Shown here piece after piece: positions 1 to 9,977 of a stretch of DNA of 64,000 nt. The stretch is from an uncultured Chloroflexia bacterium (GTDB lineage Bacteria; Chloroflexota; Anaerolineae; CG2-30-64-16). Position 1 is the first letter of the stretch. Every line of letters starts with the position of its first letter. Location of the stretch: contig CAVZDU010000001.1 of the NCBI GenBank assembly GCA_963774265.1, positions 864,001 to 928,000 of the forward strand. The letters run 5' to 3'. The notes below the pieces were generated by a model. The model was not told where the DNA came from. It saw nothing but the letters and a program-made list of their open reading frames with translations, and ran no database searches. The position numbers and the translations under genes are program-made.

Positions 1-1
1 G

Positions 2-274
2 GACGTGCTGAACCCAATCCAGCCCGCATGCATGGACCCTGCGGAGCTGAAGGGCTTGTACGGCGACCGGCTGTGCTTCTGGGGAACGATTGATGAGCAG
101 CAGACGCTGCCGTTCGGCACGCCGGAGACGGTGCGCGAGGAGGTCTTGACACGCCTGCAGACGGTCGGGAAGGACGGCGGCCTGATCCTCGGCCCAACGC
201 ACCACGTGCAACTCGACACGCCGCTGGAGAACTTCTGGGCGATGGTGGAAGCGATTACGGGGGCGGCGTCCTGA
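2..274 (+). CDS. Uroporphyrinogen decarboxylase (URO-D/MtaA-like) family protein, C-terminal part, truncated by window edge
   Basis: NPIQP...YGDRLCFWGTID.Q.TLPFGTPE.VREEV...GGLILGPTHHVQ.DTP.EN pattern typical of the URO-D family C-terminus. Confidence 0.8.
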   Translation, partial: DVLNPIQPACMDPAELKGLYGDRLCFWGTIDEQQTLPFGTPETVREEVLTRLQTVGKDGGLILGPTHHVQLDTPLENFWAMVEAITGAAS

Positions 275-404
275 CTTGTCTGCAGGCGGGATGATTAATC
301 GGAATTGCTGGAACGCGTTAGCATCGCGTGTCACTTTCTGCTAAGATAGGGATCGGCGCTCACCATTGTGGGCGCCGATCCTTGTGTCAGGACGCAAACA
401 GCGC

Positions 405-947
405 ATGCTTAGTCAATACTTCGAACGTGTGGCCGATGTGCTGCCGCGCATCCCTGCCGAGCCTGTCGAGCGCATCGTCCAAATCATGAAGGATGCGCAG
501 ATCAACCGGCGCACCGTGTTCATGATGGGCAATGGGGGGTCGTCCGCTAACGCGTCGCACATCGTCAATGACCTGGTAAAGAGCGCAGTGCACCCCGACC
601 GGCCGCGGTTTCGGGTGTTCTGCCTGACGGACAATACGGCCACTCTGACGGCCTATGCTAACGACGAGAGCTATGACATCGCGCTTGCGAGGCAGCTGGA
701 GGCGCTGGCTTCGCCGGGCGATGTGGCCTTCGCGCTCAGTGGCAGCGGCAACTCGCCGAACGTGTTGCGTGCGATGGAGAGGGCAGCCGAATTGGGGCTG
801 ACGCGCATCGGGCTGACCGGCCGTGGCGGCGGGAAGCTTGCGCCCTTGTGCGATGTGGCCGTGATTGTGCCGTCGGAGTCCATGCAGATCATCGAAGATG
901 CCCACCTGGTGATTTTGCATGCGATGTTTTTGAGCCTGCTGGAATAG
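405..947 (+). CDS. SIS-domain phosphoheptose isomerase-like protein (GmhA-like)
   Basis: GNGGSSANASH, TAYAND, SGSGNSPNV and IEDAH motifs; ATG at 405 chosen over TTG at 366. Confidence 0.85.
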   Translation: MLSQYFERVADVLPRIPAEPVERIVQIMKDAQINRRTVFMMGNGGSSANASHIVNDLVKSAVHPDRPRFRVFCLTDNTATLTAYANDESYDIALARQLEALASPGDVAFALSGSGNSPNVLRAMERAAELGLTRIGLTGRGGGKLAPLCDVAVIVPSESMQIIEDAHLVILHAMFLSLLE

Positions 948-960
948 CGCGTCGCCACTC

Positions 961-1920
961 ATGGATCGATTGTTGCTTGCACTGGATTATGGTGGAACGA
1001 AACACTCCGCGGCTGTGCTGCGGGTCGGCGAATGGTCGTGGGCCGTGCACGGCCGCGTGTTTTCGCCGCCGGGTGCAGATGCAGCATACGACCAGGCGAC
1101 CATGTTGCGGATGGCGCGTGAATTGCTGTCTCAGGCGCCCGGTGAACTGATTGCCGTCGGGGTCAGCTTCGGCGGGCCTGTCGACGCTCGGGAAGGAGTT
1201 GTGCGGCTGTCGCACCATGTGCCCGGTTGGGATGATGTTCCGCTGGCCCAAAGGTTGACCCAGGAATTGGGCGCAGCAACCGCTGTGGACAACGACGGGA
1301 ATGTGGCCGCACTTGGCGAATGGCGTTATGGCCAGGGCAGGGAAGCTGACAGCCTGCTGTATGTGACGGTCAGCACCGGTGTTGGCGGCGGCTGGGTCTT
1401 GGGCGGGCGCATTTGGGGCGGCGCGGAGGGCATGGCCGGTGAAGTCGGCCACGTCGTGGTGCGGCCGGGCGGGATGCCTTGTGCGTGTGGCAAGCGCGGT
1501 TGTGTCGAGGCCGAGGCGTGTGGGCCAGCAATGGCGCGCAAGGCCATCGCCCGGTTGAAGCAAGAGCCGCAAGAAGGTCAAGCCCTCCGGGAATTGGCGA
1601 GAGGACAGATCGAGGCGGTCACGGGCGAGATGGTGGCGCGCGCAGCGGAGGCAGGCGACCCGCTGGCGCGTGAGGTGTTGACAGGCTCAGCCGGGGCGCT
1701 GGGCTCCGGCATCGCAGCGGCAATCAATCTGCTGAATCCTCAAAAAGTGGTGCTCGGCGGCGGCGTGACCAAGGCGGGAGACCTGTGGTGGCAGCAGGTG
1801 CGCGAGACTGCACGTGCGGAGACGCTGCCACAAGCCCGTGTGGATATTGTCCGAGCAGGGCTGGGGGACGACGCACCGCTCTGGGGCGCGGCGGCGTTGG
1901 CCGAAGGCCTGCTTGATTAG
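961..1920 (+). CDS. ROK family sugar kinase (glucokinase-like)
   Basis: DYGGT, VDNDGN.AALGE, STGVGGG, GEVGH, CACGKRGCVEA. Confidence 0.9.
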   Translation: MDRLLLALDYGGTKHSAAVLRVGEWSWAVHGRVFSPPGADAAYDQATMLRMARELLSQAPGELIAVGVSFGGPVDAREGVVRLSHHVPGWDDVPLAQRLTQELGAATAVDNDGNVAALGEWRYGQGREADSLLYVTVSTGVGGGWVLGGRIWGGAEGMAGEVGHVVVRPGGMPCACGKRGCVEAEACGPAMARKAIARLKQEPQEGQALRELARGQIEAVTGEMVARAAEAGDPLAREVLTGSAGALGSGIAAAINLLNPQKVVLGGGVTKAGDLWWQQVRETARAETLPQARVDIVRAGLGDDAPLWGAAALAEGLLD

Positions 1921-1943
1921 GCGTATTTGCGAGTTGTTATTTC

Positions 1944-2747
1944 GTGTTTGAAATCCTTAACCCTGATCTGGCGCGCGGCCACATCCGCCACGCGCTCTTT
2001 GATTTTGACGGCACCATTTCGCTGATCCGTGAGGGCTGGCAGGGCGTGATGGTCCCGATGATGGTCGAGCTGCTGATGCAGACGCCGGAGCACGAGGATG
2101 AGGCGACTATCGAGGCAGTCGTCAGGGAGTTCGTGGCGCGGCTGACGGGGAAACAGACCATCTACCAGATGATCCAGCTCGCCGAGGAACTGCGCCAGCG
2201 CGGCGATGTGCCGTTGGAGCCGTTGGCGTACAAATACATGTACCTGGATCGGCTGTCGGCGCGCGTCGATGCCCGCGTGGCCGACCTGAAGGCGGGCCGC
2301 GTGGATCCCGATGACTTGATGGTGCCGGGCAGCCGCGCGATGCTCGACAGCTTGCGGGCGCGGGGCGTATCCTGCTACCTGGCCTCAGGCACGGATGAGC
2401 CCTTCGTGCTGGCAGAGGCGGCGGTGCTGGGGGTGGCATCCTGCTTCGACGGCATCTACGGCGCGCAAGATGATTACAGGTCATTTTCCAAGAAGATGAT
2501 CATCGACCGGATCATCTCCGAGCACGACCTGGCCGGGCCCGAGTTCGTTGCGTTCGGCGACGGCTATGTGGAGATCGAGGACACCAAGCGCGTCGCAGGC
2601 ATTGCGGTGGGCGTCGCGTCGGACGAGGCGCGGCGTACAGGCCTTGACGAGTGGAAGCGCAACCGCCTGATCGAGGCGGGCGCGGACTTGATCGTGCCTG
2701 ATTTCAGAGAATACCAGGCATTGTTGCGTTATTTGTGGGGGGAGTAG
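1944..2747 (+). CDS. HAD-superfamily hydrolase (phosphatase)
   Basis: FDFDGT motif I, ASGT motif II, FGDG motif IV. Confidence 0.85.
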   Translation: MFEILNPDLARGHIRHALFDFDGTISLIREGWQGVMVPMMVELLMQTPEHEDEATIEAVVREFVARLTGKQTIYQMIQLAEELRQRGDVPLEPLAYKYMYLDRLSARVDARVADLKAGRVDPDDLMVPGSRAMLDSLRARGVSCYLASGTDEPFVLAEAAVLGVASCFDGIYGAQDDYRSFSKKMIIDRIISEHDLAGPEFVAFGDGYVEIEDTKRVAGIAVGVASDEARRTGLDEWKRNRLIEAGADLIVPDFREYQALLRYLWGE

Positions 2748-2748
2748 G

Positions 2749-3732
2749 ATGCCGTTACCGTATCCGCAATTCGACCGGCGCCGGCTCATCGTGAAGCCGC
2801 TCAGCGAGCGCATCCATGACATGCGGCTGGATGAGGTGTTGCCGCTCACCGCGGAGGGCGAGCCGTTCGCACATCCCGATCTGCACATCGTCGCGGACCG
2901 GATGCGCCGCGCGAGGGAGACGGGCGCGTCCGTGATCCTGTTGATGGGCGCACACGTCATCAAGATGGGCCTCTCGCGCTTCGTCATCGACCTGATGGCG
3001 CGCGGGCTGGTCACCCACGTGGGCATGAACGGCGCAGGCCCCATCCACGACTACGAGCTGGCGCTGATGGGCGCGACGACCGAGAGCGTGGCGCGGTATA
3101 TCACGGAGGGCCAGTTCGGATTGTGGCGGGAGACGGGACGGATCAACGATATCGTAGCGGCGGGCGTCAGGGACGGGCTCGGTTACGGCGAGGCGCTGGG
3201 CCGCGAGATCGCCGAGGGAGATTATCCACACGGGGATGTCAGTGTCCTGGCCGCGGGCTACCGGCTGCGCGTCCCGGTGACCGTCCACATCGGCATCGGG
3301 CAGGATATCATCCACGAGCATCCGAACTGCGACGGCGCCAGCCTGGGCGAGGCCTCGTACCGTGATTTCCTGGTCCTTACAGAGGGCGTGACGAACCTGG
3401 ATGCCGGGGTCATGCTCAACTACGGGACCGCAGTGATGGGGCCGGAGGTGTATCTCAAGGCGCTGGCGATGGCGCGCAATGTGGCGCACCAGGAAGGGCG
3501 CAAGATCAACCGGTTCACCACCGCGGTGTTCGATCTCATCGACCTGGGCGACGACCTGGGACATGAAGCGCCGAAGACCGATCCGCGCTACTACTACCGG
3601 CCCTTCAAGACGATCCTCGTGCGAACGGTGCAGGATGGTGGCGAGAGTTTTTACATCCGCGGTCCCCACCGCGGCACACTGCCGGCATTGCACCGGCTGC
3701 TAATTGGCGCCTGGTCGCCGCCGCATTCGTAA
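2749..3732 (+). CDS. Conserved hypothetical protein, possibly DHS-like NAD-binding fold
   Basis: MGAHVIK.G, NGAGPIHDYE, PVTVHIGIG.DI.H.HP, GTAV.GPEVYLKA; translationally coupled within the operon. Confidence 0.6.
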   Translation: MPLPYPQFDRRRLIVKPLSERIHDMRLDEVLPLTAEGEPFAHPDLHIVADRMRRARETGASVILLMGAHVIKMGLSRFVIDLMARGLVTHVGMNGAGPIHDYELALMGATTESVARYITEGQFGLWRETGRINDIVAAGVRDGLGYGEALGREIAEGDYPHGDVSVLAAGYRLRVPVTVHIGIGQDIIHEHPNCDGASLGEASYRDFLVLTEGVTNLDAGVMLNYGTAVMGPEVYLKALAMARNVAHQEGRKINRFTTAVFDLIDLGDDLGHEAPKTDPRYYYRPFKTILVRTVQDGGESFYIRGPHRGTLPALHRLLIGAWSPPHS

Positions 3733-3798
3733 CCTGTCTATGGCAGGTTTGGACTATCGGCCTGCGGTTTTGTGGTTAGCCCTTCTTCTGGAGCAGCG

Positions 3799-4851
3799 AT
3801 GAACCTGGATAGACTCGATCTGATCCTGGCGCAGTTTGCGCAAAAGAGAGTCCTCGTGGTCGGTGACTTCTTCCTGGATAAGTACCTCATCATCGACCAG
3901 GCGCTGTCCGAGCCTTCGTTAGAAACCGGGCTCGACGCACACCAGGTGGTCGAGGTGCGGACCAGCCCGGGTGCGGCCGGAACGGTGACGAATAATCTCC
4001 GCGCGATGGGCGTCGAGGTGACCGCGGTCGGCGTGGTGGGCGACGACGGCGAGGGCTTCGATTTGCTCCGCGGGCTGGATGGGACGGGCGTTGACGTGGA
4101 TGGGTTGGTGATCCGCACGGACCGGTTCACGCCCACCTACACCAAGCCGATGCTGCGCGTGCGCGGGGGAGCGCTGCGCGAGCTGAACCGACTCGACATC
4201 AAGAACCGGGGACCGCTGCCGCGCGAAGCCGAAGACCGGGTGATCCGGGTCTTGCGAGGGCTGCTGCCGCGCGTTCACGGCGTGATCATCGCGGACCAGG
4301 TGCACGAGGAAGACTGCGGGGTCATCACCGAGCGGGTGCGGGATGAGTTGAGCATCCTGGCTCAGACCTACAGTGAGGTCGCTTTTATTGCTGATTCCCG
4401 TGAGCGCATAGGGTTATTCCCCGACATGTTGATCAAGCCGAACGCGCGCGAAGCCGTTCGAGCGGCCGCGCCAGGCGCACGGTGGCGCGGGGATCCGGAT
4501 CCAGATTGGGAGCTGGATCGTGAGCTGATCGAGTCAGCCGGCAGCCAGCTCTATCGGGAAAACGGGCAGCCCGTGTTCCTGACGCTGGGGAGCCGGGGGA
4601 TCCTGGCCTTCCACGAAGGGGGGCCGGCCCTGGCGCCGGCGATACAGGCGCGGGGACCGATCGACATCGTTGGGGCCGGGGATGCGGCGATGGCGGGGAT
4701 CACGGCTGCGCTGTGTGCGGGCGCAACGGGCGCGGAGGCGGCCGAGGTGGGGTGTCTGGCGGCCGGTGTCACGGTGCGCCAGGTGGGGACGACCGGGACC
4801 GCGTCGCGGCGCCAGATGCTGGAGCTGTGGCGCGAGAACGCAGCGGGTTAA
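3799..4851 (+). CDS. PfkB-family carbohydrate kinase (HldE/RfaE kinase-domain-like)
   Basis: VLVVGDFFLDKY, PGAAGTV, IKPN, DIVGAGD. Confidence 0.85.
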   Translation: MNLDRLDLILAQFAQKRVLVVGDFFLDKYLIIDQALSEPSLETGLDAHQVVEVRTSPGAAGTVTNNLRAMGVEVTAVGVVGDDGEGFDLLRGLDGTGVDVDGLVIRTDRFTPTYTKPMLRVRGGALRELNRLDIKNRGPLPREAEDRVIRVLRGLLPRVHGVIIADQVHEEDCGVITERVRDELSILAQTYSEVAFIADSRERIGLFPDMLIKPNAREAVRAAAPGARWRGDPDPDWELDRELIESAGSQLYRENGQPVFLTLGSRGILAFHEGGPALAPAIQARGPIDIVGAGDAAMAGITAALCAGATGAEAAEVGCLAAGVTVRQVGTTGTASRRQMLELWRENAAG

Positions 4852-4917
4852 CGCGCCACTACTCCATGACGGCTTCCAGCGGTCCCGGGGCTATTCTGGT
4901 CAAACTGCCAATATCCC

Positions 4918-5550
4918 CTATGCCAGACTGGGCGTTGGTTGTACGGCCGGCAAAGTCTCGACGGGCGCGTGCCCGATCGGTCGCCCGACGGTCAACTCCC
5001 GCTGCAGATCTTCGTCAAGCTGAAGATAGGCGGTGTCCGGTTCTGCGCCAAGGGCATCCAGCAGTTTGCTGAAGAAACACCGCGCCGCGGCTGTGGCCGC
5101 AATATCGAAAATCTCGTCCTCGTTGAAGCCATGCTCGCGCAGCGCCTGGATATCCTCTTCAGTGATCCCTGTGGCATCACGAACGATTTTCTCGGCGAAA
5201 ACCATCATGGCGATTTCGGCCGGGGTGAGGTTCGTGGCTGTGACATCGCTGGCTATTGCCGCGAGCTGGGCGGACGAGTAGAACTGCTGGAGGATGGAGC
5301 CATGTGCAAGCATGCAATACGAGCTGTGCAACGCGCGTGCGGCGGCCAGGGTGATTAATTCAAAACGGCGCGTGTCCAATGGGCCGTGAATGCTTGCGAG
5401 GAGGTTGCTCCAGGTTGCCATGACCTGTGGGCGGTGGCTGAAGAGTTTAGCATAGTTGGGAACGTAGCCGTACCTGGCTTGATACTTCTCATACATTGCT
5501 CGTACATCACCCGTAGCCTGATCGACGGGGATTGTTTGGATGAATGCCAT
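4918..5550 (-). CDS. AhpD/carboxymuconolactone decarboxylase-like (peroxidase-related) protein
   Basis: GYVPNY, SSYCMLAHG, DIQALREHGF.EDEIFD; RBS AAGGAG before ATG at 5550. Confidence 0.8.
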   Translation of the reverse strand: MAFIQTIPVDQATGDVRAMYEKYQARYGYVPNYAKLFSHRPQVMATWSNLLASIHGPLDTRRFELITLAAARALHSSYCMLAHGSILQQFYSSAQLAAIASDVTATNLTPAEIAMMVFAEKIVRDATGITEEDIQALREHGFNEDEIFDIAATAAARCFFSKLLDALGAEPDTAYLQLDEDLQRELTVGRPIGHAPVETLPAVQPTPSLA

Positions 5551-5683
5551 AAGTGTTCTCCTTCTTAACCGAGTCCTGTTGGTTTCATCCGCAGAGCATA
5601 CCACACTTACATGAACTGCACATTAATCACACTATAATAAAGCAAGTGATTGATTATCTGGGTTCTCACCTGAGCTGGAGCTA

Positions 5684-5712
5684 TTGACATCCGGCGCCGG
5701 AAGTGCTAAACT
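5684..5712 (+). promoter_or_regulatory. Sigma70-type promoter of the amino-sugar operon
   Basis: TTGACA (5684-5689), 17-bp spacer, TAAACT (5707-5712) with extended TG. Confidence 0.7.
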
Positions 5713-5718
5713 GGTCAC

Positions 5719-5734
5719 GGTGGTATAGACCAGT
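5719..5734. promoter_or_regulatory. NagR/DasR-type (dre-like) GntR operator
   Basis: GGTGGTATAGACCAGT closely resembles known dre sites and lies just downstream of the -10. Confidence 0.7.
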
Positions 5735-5752
5735 TTGCATGCAAAGGCGCTT

Positions 5753-7148
5753 ATGCAACTGCAACGCGAGACCTCTGCCCCGCTCTATCTTCAGATCAAG
5801 GAAGCGTTGACGGCCCAGATTCGGGTCGGCGATTTGCGGGCGCACCAGCGCCTGCCCTCCGAACGCGAGCTGTCCGAGGCATTCCATGTCAGCAGGATGA
5901 CCGCCCGCCAGGCCTTACAGGCGATGGTGCGGGATGGTGCGGCATTCGCGCGCGGTGGCAAGGGGACGTTTGTGGCCGGACCGATGCACCTGGTTGAGAC
6001 AGGGTTGGCGTGCCTGGTGAGCGAGGAAGGCGCACTATTGCGCGGGCGCTGTGTCGGCCTGGTGACGCATCCCGCGGCGGTGTTGCCTGATTTGTCGTCG
6101 TCCCTGGACGCGCTCCTCCGTATCGGCGTACATGTGACAGCTCTCTTTGGGCCGGAGCATGGTTTCGATGGCTCGGTAGCCGATGGGGAAGCCGTGGGAG
6201 ACGCGCGTCCATCGCCGCACCGGGCTGCCCGTCTTCAGCCTTTACGGCGCAAACCGGGAGCCCACGGCCGACATGCTGGCCGAGGTGGATGTGCTGGTCT
6301 ACGATGTACAGGATGTGGGGGCCCGTTTCTACACCTTTATCAGCACGCTCTACCATGTTTTAGCCGCCGCAGGACGGCACGGACGCGTGGTGGTTGTGCT
6401 GGATCGGCCCAACCCGATCAACGGCCTAGCAGTCGAAGGGCCGCTGGTGGCGCCGGGCTTCGAATCCTTTATCGGCATCGTGCCCATGCCCATCCGGCAC
6501 GGCATGACGGTAGGCGAGTTGGCGCGCTACTTCAACTCGGAATACCGCCAGGGCGCCGATTTGAGCGTGGTTGCAATGCGTGGCTGGCAGCGGGCCATGT
6601 GGTGGAATGCGACCGGCCTGCCGTGGGCGCCGCTTTCGCCGGGCATGCCGCAACTGTCAACGGCCACAGTCTACCCGGGAATGTGCCTCATCGAGGGCAC
6701 CAATCTTTCCGAGGGACGCGGCACGGCATTGCCGTTCGAGGTTGTCGGCGCGCCGTGGCTGGATGGCGACGCGCTGGCCCAAGGGTTGAATCGGCTGGCG
6801 CTGCCCGGCGTTCGCTTTCGCTCCACGCATTTCGTGCCGTCGGCCAGCAAGCATGCCGGGCTTTCGTGCCAGGGCGTCCAGGTGCACGTGACCGATCGCG
6901 AGGCGTTCCGCGCGGTGGAGACAGGGTTGCATGTCGTGGCCGTGTGCCGTGCATTGGCGCCCGATCGCTTCGCATTCCTGGCTTCCAGTTGGGAGGGCCG
7001 GCCGCCGCATTTTGATCTGCTGACCGGCGACCCCGCGCTCCGGGAGGGGCTGGCTGCGGGTGCGTCCGTAGCTGACCTGATCTCAGGCTGGCCCACGGCC
7101 ACCGCATCCTTCGCGGAGGCGCGGCGTCCCTATCTGTGTTACGAGTAA
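5753..7148 (+). CDS. namZ: GntR winged-HTH fused to exo-beta-N-acetylmuramidase NamZ (DUF1343); +1 frameshift near 6206
   Basis: N-terminus PLYLQI...LPSERELS..FHVSRMT.RQAL...GKGTFV, then VGLVTH, LFGPEHG; after the shift SLYG, DVQDVGARFYT, VLDRPNP, RHGMT.GELA, SEGRGT. Confidence 0.85.
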
Positions 7149-7153
7149 GCGCG

Positions 7154-7501
7154 ATGGAGATTCGTTCCTATGCGGCGCTGCCGGCCATCCAACGCAGTCA
7201 ACCGGCGCATCGCGTGCGTAACCTGTACTTTCCGGAGAACTGGGAAGACATGGACGGTTGGCGGGCCGATCTCTACATCGACGTGGGCGATGTGTGGGAC
7301 GGCTACCTCGAGATGCTGCGCTCCCACGAACTGATGCGGGGTGGCGTGTCCGGTTTTCGCTACATCGACTACTACGACGCCTTGGGCACGGTGCGCGGTT
7401 GCCTGGGCGGATTTCGCAAAGCGGTCGCGTTGATGGCCCCAACAGGATCTTGGGTGCAGCGACTAGGCTATCTGCCCGGTTTTGCACCCGGGACCGGTTG
7501 A
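7154..7501 (+). pseudogene. C-terminal fragment resembling a PIG-L/LmbE-family deacetylase
   Basis: YAALPAI...LYFPENWEDM..W.ADLYIDV resembles the C-terminal half; no N-terminal HxDD zinc motif. Confidence 0.45.
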
Positions 7502-7594
7502 TGTTGAAAGGAGGCCGGATCGGAGCATACGAGAACTGCGGAGCATTCACGCATGACGGGTGATTTCTCAAACCAAGGAAGGAGAACCAGCACA

Positions 7595-8990
7595 ATGAAG
7601 CGCATGTTTGTCTTGATCACGACATTGGTGATCATCAGCCAGTTGGTGTTGGCCTGCGCGCCGGCTGCGGCGCCTGCGCCAGCGGCCGCGCCGACGGCTG
7701 CACCCGCGGCCGCGCCGACGGCTGCACCCGCGGCCGCCCAACCACAACCCGCCGCGCCCGAGCCAACCAAGGCGCCCGAAGCCAAGCCGGTGACCCTCAC
7801 GTTCTACCAGCGCGGCTATACGGACGGCGGCACTGACGCCACCTCCGTCACAACGGCTAAGGCGATTGAGATTTTCCAGACGAACAATCCCAACGTCAAG
7901 GTCAACATCGTCGGCATCCCCTGGACGGCCGAAGGCGACACCAAGCTGGAAGCCGCGCTGGCCGCCAGGAGCGACATCAACGTGTTCCGCGTGACCAGCC
8001 CCAACCTGCCGCGCTACGCCAAGCAGGGCATTCTGTCCAACATCGAACCGTTCCTGACCGAAGACGACAAAACGGATTTCTACCCCAGCGGCTTTCAAGT
8101 GGCAACGATAGACGGCAAGGTCTGGGCCTGGCCGCTTTGGGTCACGGCGATCAGTGTCTTCGCCAACAAGGACATCTTCGCGGAGCGCGGCGTCGAGCTG
8201 CCCACGATGGATAAGCCCTGGACGTGGGATGAGTTCGTTGCGGCGGCCAAGAAGCTGACCTACACGCAAGGCCGACGGCACCCAGGTCTACGGTTTCGGC
8301 GCTTCGTCCAAGTGGGGCGCCGTAGAATACTATCCATTGATGTACATCGACGGCGGCCGCATCCTCAGCGCCGACGGCAAGCAGTTCGTCCAGAACCAGG
8401 CGGAAGGCGTCTCGGCCTTGCAGAAGCTGGCTGACCTGGCGCTGGTGCACAAGGTCACACCGCCCGACTTCGGCACGGTGGATCAGGCCGGGGTGCGCGC
8501 TCAGTTCAAGGACCGCAAGACATTGGCGATGCTGATGAGCACGCCCGGCTTCGTCCCCGATCTGGAGAAGTCGAACTTCCCGCTGGCGGTCGTGCCGCCG
8601 CCCACCGGCGCGATGGGCAAGCTGGTGACCAACGGCGCGTTCGGTCTGTATGCCGTCGTCAAGATCGATGACCAGGCTACGCTAAAGGCCGCGCACGAGT
8701 TGGCGAAGTATCTGACCGGCAGCCAGGTCGCCAAGGATATCCCGGGCTGGCAGCTCGCGCCCGGCCTGCGCAAGAGCAACACCGGCTATGCCACGAACGA
8801 CAACCGCGCGGTGATTGCCAAGCTGGTCGAGTACGGCGTCTACGAAGCGCCGGTGGCCACCTCGGCAGAGCTGGGCTCCAAATACGGCGCGGCGCTCCAG
8901 TCCATCATCTTGGGCAAGCAGACGGCCCAGGAAGCGATGGATGAGATCGCGCCTGAGTATCAGAAGGAACTGGATGCACTGAACAAGTAA
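7595..8990 (+). CDS. Sugar ABC transporter substrate-binding lipoprotein; +1 frameshift near 8267
   Basis: Lipobox VLAC, Pro/Ala linker, DGKVWAWP, FANKDIF..RGV, WTWDEF..AAKKLT; continues in the next frame. Confidence 0.85.
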
Positions 8991-9002
8991 AACTCCACCC
9001 CG

Positions 9003-9035
9003 ACTCTCCCCCGGCGCCCTGCGCCGGGGGAGAGT
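9003..9035. repeat. 15-bp-stem hairpin between SBP and permease genes (stabiliser/attenuator)
   Basis: ACTCTCCCCCGGCGC-cct-GCGCCGGGGGAGAGT. Confidence 0.6.
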
Positions 9036-9050
9036 GAGCGAGGTCATCCC

Positions 9051-9966
9051 ATGACAGCGACAACTGCGACTCAAACCACAGCCTTTCAGCGCGTGCAGAG
9101 GTTCTGGGCTCGCCATAAGTGGAGCTACTTCTTCATCGCGCCGAGCATGCTCCTCTTCTTCGTGTTCATCGCCTACCCGGTCGCGACGCGTGGTCCTGTT
9201 GGCCTTCCAAAAGGTCGACTTGCGCAGCAGCTCCTGGGTGGGCCTTAAGAACTTTCAGGATTTGCTCACCAGCGATCTTTTCTGGCTTACCATGCGGCAT
9301 ACCTTTGTCTACGCCTTTTTTGTCGTCGTGGCCTGGATTGTCACGTCATTGATCGTGGCCTCATTGATCATGCCGCTCTCCAATCGGGTCCAGTCGGTGT
9401 TCCGCGGCGCGTTCTACCTGCCCAATGTGTCCAGCATCGTCGTCATCTCGCTGGTCTGGATCTGGATTTTTGAGCCGGATTTTGGCTTTTTCAACTACCT
9501 GCTGACCGTGCTGGGGTTGCCCAAGGTCCTTTGGCTGCAGAATCCGGACATCGCGCTGTGGAGCATCGTGTTGAGCACCGTGTTGATCGTGCCGGGGAGC
9601 GGCGTGGTGCTCTATTCCGCGGCGATGGGCGCGATCCCCCGGGAGTATTACGAGGCCGCCGAGGTCGAAGGCGCGAACGGTTTCCAGAAACTGCGCCACA
9701 TCACCTTCCCGCTGCTCAAGCCGACGACCCTCTATCTGACCGTTATCTACACCATTGCCGGCTTCCAGATTTTCGAGCGCGTATACATCATGACCGGCGG
9801 CGGGCCGATCAACTCGACGATGACCATCGTCCAGCTGATCTATCAGACGGCCTTCAGCGATTTCAATTACGGCAAGGCCAGCGCTGAGGCGTTGATCTTG
9901 TTTGCGATTATCGCGACGTTTTCGTTCGTCCAGTTCAAATTCTTGAGCACCGACGTGGAATACTGA
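9051..9966 (+). CDS. Carbohydrate ABC transporter permease; +1 frameshift near 9187
   Basis: YFFIAPS, WVGLKNF, EAA loop YYEAAEVEGA, TGGGP. Confidence 0.85.
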
Positions 9967-9977
9967 GAGAGAACGCC

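Noticed and set aside
7682-7737. 24-bp tandem repeat in the SBP gene
   Set aside because: Ordinary Pro/Ala/Thr lipoprotein linker.
6200-9190. Programmed frameshifting in the amino-sugar operon
   Set aside because: No slippery heptamers or shared signal, and similar indels occur in unrelated genes across the window.
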